DNA from: Nitrospinota bacterium | Lineage (GTDB): Bacteria > UBA8248 | DNA: 46,776 bases | Direction: 5' to 3' | Assembly (NCBI GenBank): GCA_046581755.1 | Contig: JAYGFR010000191.1 | Coordinates: 1 to 46,776, forward strand | Made by a program: the position numbers and the translations under genes | The notes under the pieces: generated by a model | Told to the model about the DNA's origin: nothing | What the model saw: only the letters and a program-made list of their open reading frames with translations | Database searches by the model: none | Shown: piece by piece, positions 20,065 to 32,234 of the stretch | How the letters are laid out: every line of letters starts with the position of its first letter | How positions within the stretch are numbered: position 1 is the stretch's first letter

Positions 20065-20904
20065 TTAACCGGCAGCCTGCCCCTGCGCCCTCGGGGGTTT
20101 GAGCGCCCGGGGCCGGGTGGGAATGATTTGCTTCCCGGGACGTTTGGCCCGAAGACGGTTTTCGCGAAACACCTCGGCCAGATGTTTCAGCCTGCGGTAT
20201 TCGCCGAGGACTTTCCACACATAGCGCCGGGTTTCGCGGAAGGGGGGGATTCCCTTATAGCGTTCGACGGTACCCGGACCGGCGTTGTAGGAAGCCAGGG
20301 CCAGATGAAGGTTCCAATAGTGTTTTTTGAGGAGCATTTCAAGATATCGGGTTCCGCCCTCGATGTTTTCCCGGATATTGAAGGGATTTTTCACTCCGAG
20401 ATGTTTTGCCGTAATTTCGTTGATTTGCATGAGCCCTTTGGCGCCTTTGTGGGATACCGCCATGGGATCGAAAGCGCTCTCCACCTTGATGACGGCCTGG
20501 ACCAAAAGCGGATCGACCCGGTAAAGGGACGAATAATGGCGGATGTACCGGTAAATATCGGGGTACTGCTCGATAAGGGAAGGGGAAACAAGGCCTTGCG
20601 GTGATGTGCCGGAGCCGGGGGGGCCGGGCCGGAAAAGGAGCGTCCCCGGGTCCAGAGAGCGGTTGGCGGGCCATGCGTTTGGGGATGAAGCCAGGTATCT
20701 GGAAGAATCCCGGTGAATTAGTCCGGCCGGGTAGATGCCTGTCCATTCGGCCGCCAATCCTGTGAGGACAGTCAATCCGGCGATCCCGACGAGGATTCGA
20801 AAACCCGTCCAGAGCCGCCTAACTCCGCCAAATTTTTGGAAGGCGAACTCGGTCAAAAGTAAAAACATGTATACCGCAAAGCAGATGAGCAACAGAGAAA
20901 GCAT
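20065..20904 (-). CDS. Membrane-anchored lytic transglycosylase (SLT domain)
   Basis: AVIKVESAFDP, GAKGLMQ, ALASYNAGPG, PPFRETRRYV; two N-terminal hydrophobic segments. Confidence 0.9.
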   Translation of the reverse strand: MLSLLLICFAVYMFLLLTEFAFQKFGGVRRLWTGFRILVGIAGLTVLTGLAAEWTGIYPAGLIHRDSSRYLASSPNAWPANRSLDPGTLLFRPGPPGSGTSPQGLVSPSLIEQYPDIYRYIRHYSSLYRVDPLLVQAVIKVESAFDPMAVSHKGAKGLMQINEITAKHLGVKNPFNIRENIEGGTRYLEMLLKKHYWNLHLALASYNAGPGTVERYKGIPPFRETRRYVWKVLGEYRRLKHLAEVFRENRLRAKRPGKQIIPTRPRALKPPRAQGQAAG

Positions 20905-21162
20905 GTATTGAATTCCCGTTATTTCAGGCGCATTGGAGAGAAGAACTGTTTCCTTGGGGTGAGGCCCCCGGGGCGGTTATGAATGAGGTGCGGCTGGGCG
21001 GAATGTATTTATATGCCGGCCTTTTCCCCCTTGCTGATCGGGCCGGATTTGAATGGTGCGGGACCGTTCCACCGCCGACCCCCAACAGCCCGATGATGTA
21101 TAAAATTTGTAGTAATTGCAAGTCTTTTAGTATATCGGTGAATCATGCAAATGCAGGGAAAT

Positions 21163-21798
21163 TCAAAGAAAATCAATGATTTGCGAAATTGTTTCGAAAT
21201 ATTCGTCAGGGGAGGCCTTTTTTATCTCCCCAGGAGTGGCGAATTCTCCCCTGACGGCCCAGGCCTTCACGCCCGCCGCGCGGGCGGCCGCCACATCGAT
21301 GGGCGTGTCCCCCACCATCGCGGCCTCGCCGGGGCTTACCTGAAGCTTATCCAGGGCGGCGTGGAGCATGGCCGGGTCAGGTTTTGGGGGAAGCCCTTGT
21401 TTGGCACCGATTACCGCAACCATCCGATTCATCAGGCCAAAATGCTCCAATTGACGGACGCAGTAGGTCCAGGTCTTGTTGGTGACACAGGCGATAAGAA
21501 TATTTTTTCGGGCGATGGCATCCAGCGTTTCCTTGACGCCAGGCAAAATCCGGGTTCCTGAGATAAAATGCGTCTCATAATGAGCCCGGTAAATTTTCAC
21601 CGCGCTTTCCGAGATTTCCGTTCCCCATATGTCTGTGAAACGCTCTTCGAGGCTGGGGCCGATGGATGCGCGGACCTCCTCTTCGCTCATTTCCGGTTTC
21701 CCGATGTCCCGGCAGGTGAGCGACATGCACCGTGCGATACCCTCGTAGCTGTCCACAAGGGTGCCGTCGTGATCGAACAGGATGGCGCGAATGGGCAT
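21163..21798 (-). CDS. HAD-family hydrolase (phosphoglycolate phosphatase-like)
   Basis: LFDHDGTLVDS, VTNK, KPDP, MVGDTPID. Confidence 0.9.
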   Translation of the reverse strand: MPIRAILFDHDGTLVDSYEGIARCMSLTCRDIGKPEMSEEEVRASIGPSLEERFTDIWGTEISESAVKIYRAHYETHFISGTRILPGVKETLDAIARKNILIACVTNKTWTYCVRQLEHFGLMNRMVAVIGAKQGLPPKPDPAMLHAALDKLQVSPGEAAMVGDTPIDVAAARAAGVKAWAVRGEFATPGEIKKASPDEYFETISQIIDFL

Positions 21799-21894
21799 TT
21801 TCTCTCCAAATGCGGGAAAATCGATGCCTGGGCCGCCATGTTATGATGCGGCCCGTGCACAAACGGTGCGAACCATAACACTCAGGAATATGAG

Positions 21895-23058
21895 ATGGAA
21901 TCGACAAAACAAAATCCTCCCGATCCGCAGGGACGGGCGCTGGACCTAGAGAGAATCGATCTCAAGGGGATGAGCGAGGACGAGATCGTCGAATTGTGCG
22001 GGGAGGCCGGCGAGCCGGCATACCGCGGAAAACAGGTTTTTTCCTGGGTTTACGATAAAGGGGAAACGGATATCGGCCGAATGAGCGATTTGCCCAAGCG
22101 GTTTCGCGAATGGCTTGCGGCGCGCGCACGAATCGGCTGGCTGGAGGCCGAGGAAACCGAAAAAGGGGCGGACGGCACCGAGAAGTTTTTCTGGCGGCTG
22201 GGCGATGAAGCCGGCGTTGAAAGTGTCCGTATTCCGATGCCTCGTACCGGCGGAGGATACCGCTGGTCGCTATGCATATCGACCCAGGTAGGCTGCGCCA
22301 TGGGATGCGCTTTCTGCCTGACCGCCAAGATGGGGTTTGTCCGCAATTTGGGGACAGGGGAAATTGTCGAGCAATTTCTGGCGGCGAGGAGGGGGCTCCC
22401 CCCGGGCGAGCGCCTTCATAACGTGGTTTTTATGGGAATGGGCGAGCCGCTGGATAATTATGACGCCACGGTGGCTGCCGTCCGGCTGCTGACGCACCCA
22501 CGCGGGATCGGGCTGTCGCCGAGGCGGTTGACGGTTTCGACGGTGGGAGTCATTCCGAAAATCAAGGAGTTTGTCCGGGAGTTGCCGGGGGTCGGTGTGG
22601 CGGTTTCTCTTCATGCAGCGGACGAAGTCACGCGCGCCAAAATCGTGCCGCCGAGCCGAAAGTGGCCGATGGGAGAAATTTTGCGGGCATGTAAAGAGCT
22701 ACCTTTGCCCGAAAGGCAACGGATAACATTTGAGTATGTGTTGTTAAGCGGGGTGAACGACTCTTCCGGAGATGCCGTAAAATTGGCGGGTCTTCTCCGG
22801 GGAATGCGGTGCAAGGTGAACCTTTTGCCCTGGAATCCGTTCTCCGGGGCCCCCTTCGAGCGCCCCTCCGATAAGTGTGTAGAGGCGTTTCGCCGAATTT
22901 TGGCTGGCCGCGGGATCGCAGTCACCGTTCGGCAGAGCAAAGGTTTGGACATCCGCGCGGCATGTGGCCAGCTCGTGGATACCGTTAAAATGGCAGAGCG
23001 CGGCTGGGACGGTGGAAAGCTCCCGATGGCTCCCGTTTCGGTAAATAAAACCGGTTGA
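21895..23058 (+). CDS. rlmN: Dual-specificity RNA methyltransferase RlmN (radical SAM)
   Basis: CISTQVGCAMGCAFC, FMGMGEP, FEYVLL, DIRAACGQL. Confidence 0.95.
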   Translation: MESTKQNPPDPQGRALDLERIDLKGMSEDEIVELCGEAGEPAYRGKQVFSWVYDKGETDIGRMSDLPKRFREWLAARARIGWLEAEETEKGADGTEKFFWRLGDEAGVESVRIPMPRTGGGYRWSLCISTQVGCAMGCAFCLTAKMGFVRNLGTGEIVEQFLAARRGLPPGERLHNVVFMGMGEPLDNYDATVAAVRLLTHPRGIGLSPRRLTVSTVGVIPKIKEFVRELPGVGVAVSLHAADEVTRAKIVPPSRKWPMGEILRACKELPLPERQRITFEYVLLSGVNDSSGDAVKLAGLLRGMRCKVNLLPWNPFSGAPFERPSDKCVEAFRRILAGRGIAVTVRQSKGLDIRAACGQLVDTVKMAERGWDGGKLPMAPVSVNKTG

Positions 23059-23567
23059 TATCCGCTCGAATCGATTGTCCCAAAAGACATCCCGTGTATA
23101 AAGCGACGGCGCCGATAAGGCATCCAAAAATAATTTCCATTTTCTTTTCCCCGTCAACGACATGCGTGAAATTTCAAGTAAATCCAGTTTCGATTCTCAG
23201 AATGGAAAGATTGCGAATTGCGTGCCGAGCAGGGACGATACAGGGCCCGAAATGAGAGGTGGTTCACAAAATCCATGAATTCAACGAGATTGACCGCCAT
23301 AAAGCCAAATAGCGGAGGATTTTCAAGCAAATTTGCATGGGTTGATGCCGGACAGCCATTGATGAAGGGCGCAATCCTGGGGCAAAGAAGTGCCGGATCG
23401 TCAAATTTGCGGAAAGCATGAGTGGTGCAATTGATTGCAGTCAGAAAAATGACAATCCATCCGGCATTAAAAAGCCATGGGAAAATTCCTTCCCCGTGCG
23501 GTGGATGGCCTGAATTCGATGGAATCCGGGAAATGGCTCGAAGGCATTGAACCCATAGGAACGTCCT

Positions 23568-24665
23568 TTAATCCGCCGACAGGAATTTCCGAAGAACCTT
23601 TTCGTCGATTTCCACGCCGAGGCCCGGACCTTCGGGGACTTTCACCATTCCGTTTTCAACACGCAGCCCGGTGGCAATATCCAAATCATGCCAGGCCGGC
23701 GCTTTGCCCGACTCGTTGTAAATGATGCCCGGGGTGGACGCGAAAAGATGCGCCGCCGCCGCGTCGATGAGGACCCCCTGGATTACGCTCCCGCACAACC
23801 CCTCGATTCCATGCATCTCGGCCATGGCCGCGGCCTTTTTGCAGGGGAGCAGGCCGCCCTCCCGGTTCACCTTGATATTCACGACATCGGCCGCCCGGCG
23901 CCGCATGAGTTCGGCCATGTAGTCCGGGCGCATCGATTCATCGGCGCAGATCCGCACGCGCGTGTTCCGCGTGATGAACTCCATGCCATCGATATCGTGA
24001 CCGGAGACGGGCTGCTCGACCATGGTGATGTCGTACTCTTCAATCATGGAGCACGCCGAGATCGCCAGTTTTGATGTCCAAGTGGTGTTGGCGTCCACGA
24101 CGAGCATGGCCTCCCCACCCACCGCTTCGCGAACCGCCCGAACACGGGCGACGCTCGTTTTGAGGTCCCGGTTCATTTTTATCTTAAAGGCCATCGTGCC
24201 CTCCGCCCGGGCCGCGGAAGCGATCTCGGCCGTTATTTCGGGCGTCTCGAGGGGGAGGATATCGAACGAGGGCATCTCGTCGCGGATTTTGCCGCCGAGG
24301 AGATTGTAGACCGGTTGATCGAGAACCCGGCCCTGCAAATCGTACAGCGCGCAATCGATTGCGGACTTGGGTGCGAAATGAAACGGAATGGCGGCTCCCA
24401 TCTCGCGGTGAATGGCTTCCAATTCGAACGGATCCTTGCCGCCCAGAAGCGGGAGCAGAATTTCTTCGAGCACCTTGATGGCGGAGGCCTGTGTTTCTCC
24501 CGTCGGAAATGTCCGGGGAGATCCAGCGCCCCAACCCACTGCCCCGCCCGAAGCCGAAATTTTCACCACCACGTCGCGGGAATGGGTTTCGATCCGGTTC
24601 GCATCCTTGTAGGTGTGGTTCAGGGGAATGGAAACCGGAAAGGCCTCAATGCGCTCAATCTTCAC
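23568..24665 (-). CDS. Mandelate racemase/muconate lactonizing enzyme family (enolase superfamily)
   Basis: AIDCALYDL, FKIK, VDAN, EQP, ADES, NIK, GPGLGVE. Probable GTG start at 24665. Confidence 0.9.
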   Translation of the reverse strand: MKIERIEAFPVSIPLNHTYKDANRIETHSRDVVVKISASGGAVGWGAGSPRTFPTGETQASAIKVLEEILLPLLGGKDPFELEAIHREMGAAIPFHFAPKSAIDCALYDLQGRVLDQPVYNLLGGKIRDEMPSFDILPLETPEITAEIASAARAEGTMAFKIKMNRDLKTSVARVRAVREAVGGEAMLVVDANTTWTSKLAISACSMIEEYDITMVEQPVSGHDIDGMEFITRNTRVRICADESMRPDYMAELMRRRAADVVNIKVNREGGLLPCKKAAAMAEMHGIEGLCGSVIQGVLIDAAAAHLFASTPGIIYNESGKAPAWHDLDIATGLRVENGMVKVPEGPGLGVEIDEKVLRKFLSAD

Positions 24666-24945
24666 AGGCTGCCTCCCCAAGCTCCCGCCCGCCGCCAAAT
24701 GGGTATTCCGGGAGCGTTTTCAAAATCCATCGTTGGAACAAAGACCATTGAGATTAGCTAGAATAAACTGGCAAGGCCACCTTTTTCAATACCCCGCAAG
24801 GTTTTCGAAATAAACGGGCCCGGCGGGCGTGGATACCCATTCGCCGGACGTGGTTGTAAAATCCCCCAAACCCATGGTGTAAGGTGTTTGAAATCGGCTT
24901 ATTCGTTCCCCTTTGGAAAATGAGGGATTCCGCAAGGAGCGGTGG

Positions 24946-25713
24946 ATGACAGAGTCTCCAAATACCCTGGAAGAGTTGTTGCGAAAGCTATCCGGGGATG
25001 TAAGCGAAATTCTCGGCCAGCAAAAAGGGCTGGGCGAGCGGATGGAAACCCTGGAAGAGCGAATCGCAGCGTTTGAGACGAAAAAGCCAGCCGGCGGCGG
25101 CGGTGATCCCGCGCCGGTGGGAGTTCTCTACGACTATCGGATTTTAGAGCATGTGCGCCAATATAATATTAAGGATACTGGCGGGCACGAAGCGGAGATG
25201 AGCAGCGTCCGCCGCTGCCTGGCCCTTCGGGATTTGCCCGAAATTCGGACCCGCTACCACACTGGAACCGGAAACCGGAAGGTGCAATATTCCTACCGAG
25301 TTGTCCCGGAGGGACCGGCGGGCGAATCCGAGTGGGTGCCCGTCGAGTTTCGGACCAACAAAGGGGCGGGCGCCGATTTTTCGGCTATTCTTTCCTTGCC
25401 CCAGCCCATCCTGATCGGCGAGTCGTTTGAGTTGCGCCACGAAATCGAGATGGTGGACTCGTTTTCCTCCCACAACGAATGGGTGAGCATGGTGGTAGAG
25501 TACCCTACCGAGAAATTAAATCTCAATGTTTTCCTGCCCCCCTCGCGAACGATTCAGGGGGCCCGGCGCGAAATTTCCGAAGGCGCTTCGCAGAGCTTTG
25601 ACAAACGGCGCCTGGTGCCTCAGAAGGTTCCGGGCGAGGACCGTATCGCCATGCGTTGGGAGGAGATAAACCCGGTCACTGGAAGAACCTACACGATTTA
25701 TTGGGATTGGTAG
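24946..25713 (+). CDS. Hypothetical protein (N-terminal coiled coil plus beta-rich domain ending YTIYWDW)
   Basis: AAGGAG RBS before ATG 24946; continuous ORF. Confidence 0.7.
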   Translation: MTESPNTLEELLRKLSGDVSEILGQQKGLGERMETLEERIAAFETKKPAGGGGDPAPVGVLYDYRILEHVRQYNIKDTGGHEAEMSSVRRCLALRDLPEIRTRYHTGTGNRKVQYSYRVVPEGPAGESEWVPVEFRTNKGAGADFSAILSLPQPILIGESFELRHEIEMVDSFSSHNEWVSMVVEYPTEKLNLNVFLPPSRTIQGARREISEGASQSFDKRRLVPQKVPGEDRIAMRWEEINPVTGRTYTIYWDW

Positions 25714-25772
25714 GCGAAAACGGGGGCGCTCGATCGGGGTCCGATAATCCGGGCAGGGCGTGAGAGTCCGGA

Positions 25773-26141
25773 ATGACGCTCCCTGAAGGCCGGAATCATT
25801 TTTATTATTCCATCAGGAGAGCCGAAATGTTGGATCCGAACAGCTTTTTCGTTGAGTTGACCGAGAACTGCGGGGCCGAGGTACTCCCGGACGGCCGGGT
25901 GAAGACCTCGCGCGAGCAGCTCGAAAAATGTGCATCCACGCGCGGGGCCAAAGTCACCGTCAGCCACGCCAAAAATTTTGAACGCAATGTTCATGTTCCG
26001 ACCATCAGCGTCCGCCGCATCCAAATCCTGGGCAAGAAAACCGAGACCGAAACCCTCTATTTCGCTTTTGAGGATCAAGAGGGCGCCATCGTGACCGATC
26101 CCGCCGAGTGGGGCCGCATCCCGACCCAGATTTTCGGCTAG
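25773..26141 (+). CDS. Hypothetical protein
   Basis: ORF collinear with its neighbours; alternative start ATG 25827 has an AGGAG RBS. Confidence 0.65.
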   Translation: MTLPEGRNHFYYSIRRAEMLDPNSFFVELTENCGAEVLPDGRVKTSREQLEKCASTRGAKVTVSHAKNFERNVHVPTISVRRIQILGKKTETETLYFAFEDQEGAIVTDPAEWGRIPTQIFG

Positions 26142-26182
26142 CCTTCCGGACGCCAACGTCCCGCAAAGGACAGGAGGCCTCC

Positions 26183-26620
26183 GTGGCCCGCGAATGGACG
26201 CCTGAACTCATCCAGGAGCAATTCGGCAAACGGCTGGAAACCCTTTTCAACGGCCACGTCGGGATCGAATTGGTCGAGGCCGCCCCCGGCTTCGCCAAGC
26301 TTCGCCTCCCCATCCGGGATGAAATTCTCCAGCCCACCGGGGTCGTCCACGGCGGAGCGGTCTGCACCCTGGCCGATGTCACGGCGGGCGTCGCCGCCCA
26401 CGTTAGCTATCCGCCCGGCACCGATATCGTTACCGTCGAAATCAAGGTCAACTTCCTCGCCGGCTTGCGCGAGGGAGTCCTCCTGAGCGAAGCGAAACCT
26501 CTCCAGATCGGCCGGAGAACCTCGGTCTGGGAAATTCGAATCAACCACGACTCGGGGTGCCCGGTCGCCTTTGCCCTGGGAACCTTCATGGTCGTCAAAC
26601 ACCCCCCCCCCGAAGAATAG
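26183..26620 (+). CDS. PaaI-family thioesterase
   Basis: QPTGVVHGGAVCTLAD, TVEIKVNFL, GRRTSVWEI; AGGAGG RBS before GTG 26183. Confidence 0.9.
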   Translation: MAREWTPELIQEQFGKRLETLFNGHVGIELVEAAPGFAKLRLPIRDEILQPTGVVHGGAVCTLADVTAGVAAHVSYPPGTDIVTVEIKVNFLAGLREGVLLSEAKPLQIGRRTSVWEIRINHDSGCPVAFALGTFMVVKHPPPEE

Positions 26621-26923
26621 AGGCGCAGGCGGTTGAGCGTTGGGTGGCGGGGGAATCCGTTTGCCGCCAGGGGCCGGTCGGGATGGAGATATCGATACCG
26701 GCCCTTTTTTTACCCCCCCCCGCTCTTGGAAGAATTTCCCGGCGGCATCGTACGCCCGGCGCGGGTGTGGTATTCTTTGCTGGCCGGTGAAAGGTTCCTG
26801 GTAGTATTAGAAATTCATAACATAATCAATTTCAAATATTTGCGCCAAGCCGCTCATCCTCGTCCATGTTTGAGGCGCCGAGCCGTTGGGGATTCCGAGG
26901 GCGCATCACGATGGAGATTTGCC

Positions 26924-29677
<2,754 letters not shown>

Positions 29678-29711
29678 ACCGCCCCCTGCCGCTCCCCGCT
29701 GGGAATCCGCC

Positions 29712-30065
29712 ATGCTGGCCAGGCGCATACTGCCGTTCGCCTTCGTATTGTTCGCGCTGTTCGTGCTCGGGGGGCCCGCTCGCGCCGAGGTCCGGATCGA
29801 CAGCATCCGCGGGGAGGGCCGCTTCGCCCAAGTGCACTTCACCTACCGGAACACCACCGGCACCACCTGGGCCACGGTCGTGATCGAATGCTCCGTCCCC
29901 GAGGCCATCCGGCGGACCCACCGAGGCGTCCACTACTTCTCGAACCACCTTTCGGGCGGAATCGGTCCGGGCTTTATCGGCTCGGCCAGCGCCAGGGTTC
30001 CCCTCCTGAAGGGGAAGGCCTCCGAGATCACCTGCCGGGAAGACGGAACCCCGCTAACCTATTGA
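29712..30065 (+). CDS. Small secreted beta-rich hypothetical protein
   Basis: Signal peptide MLARRILPFAFVLFALFVLGGPARA, then an Ig-like strand pattern with two Cys. Confidence 0.7.
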   Translation: MLARRILPFAFVLFALFVLGGPARAEVRIDSIRGEGRFAQVHFTYRNTTGTTWATVVIECSVPEAIRRTHRGVHYFSNHLSGGIGPGFIGSASARVPLLKGKASEITCREDGTPLTY

Positions 30066-30130
30066 AAAATTGTTTATTTGATGGTGGTGCGCGGGCGAGC
30101 GGCGGTCGAGCGCTGGGCCGGTAGTTACAT

Positions 30131-30928
30131 CTACCCCATCAGCTCGGCGGACAGGGTGGCGCCTCCCCGGACAGTGGTGGGGACTCCGGCGTCCGTCCTG
30201 GCGAGGAGGGTGGCGAAGTGGTGGCCGGGGGCGGCCTCGAAGCGCGCCTCCGCGGTCAGGGCGAAGGGGCGCCATGCGCCGGGCGGATCGGAGCCATCGA
30301 GCGAAACCTCCGCCGCCGGGACGATTCCGCCGAAGCCGAGCGCCAGGCAGGGGCGTGTCCCGCCGCACCGCACCTCGCCGCTCACGGTGAGGCGGACGGT
30401 CTCGCCGGTCCAGGTCAGGAACTCGAGGCGGAAATCGACGGCGGCCTCGTCCCACTCCGCCGAGGCGGTCTCCCGGTCCCCCCGCAGGTGGGTCCGGTCC
30501 GAACGGGGGCGGCGGTTGTGCCAGGTCAAGATGCGTAGGCTGTCCGGCCGGTGGGCCCAGTGGTAGTGCCGGTGGCGCTGCTCGAAGGGGCGGCCCATCC
30601 CGACCAGGGTTTTTTCGGGCTCGCCCTCCTTGACCTCCATTTCCTGACCTGGGCCGGCGAGCGAAATGGGGCCGGTGGTGGAGGCCTCGAGTTTGATTTT
30701 TCCCCGGGGCTCGTCCCAGCGGGCGTAGATGTACTGGTCGGTATCTACCGGAAGCCGGGAGGTGACCGTGGGCGGAGGCTCCTGGAGGGTTCGCGCCTGC
30801 CCGCCGATCACGATCTGCCCGTCCCCGCACCGGCGGAGTTCGAGCTGGTGAAACCCCTTGTATACGAGCCGGCAGTTTCCGGACATGGGTTCATCCCCCG
30901 ATTGGATATACGGGTCTCTGGCGGTCAT
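30131..30928 (-). CDS. Hypothetical protein resembling a phage tail-fibre-associated domain
   Basis: GGAGG RBS; motifs YIYA...LEASTTG...EVKEGE..KTLVGM...TWHNRR...RLEFLTW recall proteobacterial prophage tail-fibre regions (recognition only, unverified). Confidence 0.6.
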   Translation of the reverse strand: MTARDPYIQSGDEPMSGNCRLVYKGFHQLELRRCGDGQIVIGGQARTLQEPPPTVTSRLPVDTDQYIYARWDEPRGKIKLEASTTGPISLAGPGQEMEVKEGEPEKTLVGMGRPFEQRHRHYHWAHRPDSLRILTWHNRRPRSDRTHLRGDRETASAEWDEAAVDFRLEFLTWTGETVRLTVSGEVRCGGTRPCLALGFGGIVPAAEVSLDGSDPPGAWRPFALTAEARFEAAPGHHFATLLARTDAGVPTTVRGGATLSAELMG

Positions 30929-30945
30929 CACCCTCCGCCGTACCC

Positions 30946-32068
30946 TCAGGCGCCGAGCGCCGCCCGGATTCGCTCGATCACGATCTCGGCCTCCCCGTCC
31001 TTGAGGGGGTCGGGGTTGAGGAAGATGGCCCGCTCGCCGTCCGGGCCCACCTCGATGCGCGGATCGCCCTCCCAGAGACGCCGGATGAGTTCATCGCGCG
31101 AGAGGGCCAGGCCGCCGTCCAGTTCGGCCACCACCTCGGGAAGCGCCTGCCTGAGTTCGTTGGGGATGCGCCGCCTAGCGGTCAGGCCGGCGATGCCCGA
31201 AATGCGCTCCAGGAATAACTCCGCCCCGCGCTCGCAGTGCTCGAGCTAAATCCTCTCGGCCCCCGTTCAGGTAATGCTCCAGGGCAGCCAGCAGGCCAGC
31301 CACGTCTTCGTGGCCCACCTTCATGGGCTGCCCGATGGCGTAGCGCGGGCTTCCCATCATCCGGCAGGCGGTGATGAGATCCCGCCTCCCGAGAATGAGG
31401 CCGGTGTTCTGGGGGCCGGCAAGCGATTTTCCCCCGCTGAAGATGGCCAGGTCGGCGCCCATCTCCGTGTAGTGCCAAAAATTATCGGACGGTGGCGTCT
31501 GGGCGGCGGCGTCCATGATGACGGGAACGCCCCGCGCCTTCGCCGTCTCGATCACGCGTTCGAGCGGGAGAATGTTTGGGCCCACATACCGCCCCGGGAA
31601 ATAGACGATCCCCGCCGTCCGCTCGCCGATGGCCTCCTCGAGCTCCCAGGGATGGGTCGTCCGGTGGCCTCCGATTTCGACCAGCCGGGCCCCGGCCTGG
31701 CGGATGTTGATGTCGTAGTGGTTGCGCTGGAAGCGGTGGATGATGATTTCGTTTTTGAGCCCCTCGGAATGGGGCAGGCGGTCCATCTTGGCCGGGTCGG
31801 AGCCGGCGATGCAGGCCGCTGTCGTGAGGACCAGCCCGGCCGCCGATCCGCTCGTGACGAAGGCGGCTTCGTTGCGGGTCAGCTTGGCGATCCGCTCGCC
31901 CGCCCGCTCGTGGAGCTCGTTCATGTCGAGGTAGGTCTGACCGGCCTCCTGCATGGCCTCCCACACGCCGGGGGAGAGGAGCGAACCGCCCAGGCGCGAA
32001 AGGCGCGCACGGGCGTTGATGATGGTCCGGATGCCCAGCCGCCCGGTGAAGGATGAATAGTCGTTCAT
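30946..32068 (-). pseudogene. SelA-like PLP-dependent enzyme (DgaE-type) with a single frameshift near 31247
   Basis: IINA...LGGS, VIMDAAA, FSGGKSLAGPQNTGLILG, QPMKV. The C-terminal part (LEHCERG...LWEGDPRIEV...LNPDPLKDGE) is in another frame. Confidence 0.8.
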
Positions 32069-32074
32069 GGTATT

Positions 32075-32123
32075 CCTCGGGACGGATTTCGCCCATCGTG
32101 TCGGATTCGGTTCGGTACCCCAT
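32075..32123 (-). pseudogene. 5' fragment of a class II fumarase/aspartase gene
   Basis: AAGGAG RBS followed by MGYRTESDTMGEI, matching the FumC/AspA N-terminal RxExDxMGE motif; similarity then stops. Confidence 0.6.
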
Positions 32124-32234
32124 CGGAAACTCCTTATCCTCCAAATGCGCCCAGGGTGCGATATATATGTGCCGGGCCGTCGGGTGGGGGGGGCTAGGAG
32201 AAGATGTACCCCGAGCTGGCGGACCGCCGCGGCC

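Noticed and set aside
20905..21160. Possible c-di-GMP or c-di-AMP riboswitch upstream of the lytic transglycosylase
   Set aside because: I could not match GEMM or ydaO consensus elements by eye.
19800..25700. Lower-GC stretch as a genomic island
   Set aside because: It contains core genes such as rlmN and shows no integrase, tRNA or att repeats.
26633..26923. 97-aa N-terminal extension of AcnA in the ORF track
   Set aside because: Not aconitase-like; the RBS and typical N-terminus are at ATG 26924.
30946..32068. True selenocysteine synthase selA or programmed recoding
   Set aside because: It has the shorter SelA-like/DgaE form, no selB/selC/selD nearby, and no slippery sequence at the shift.
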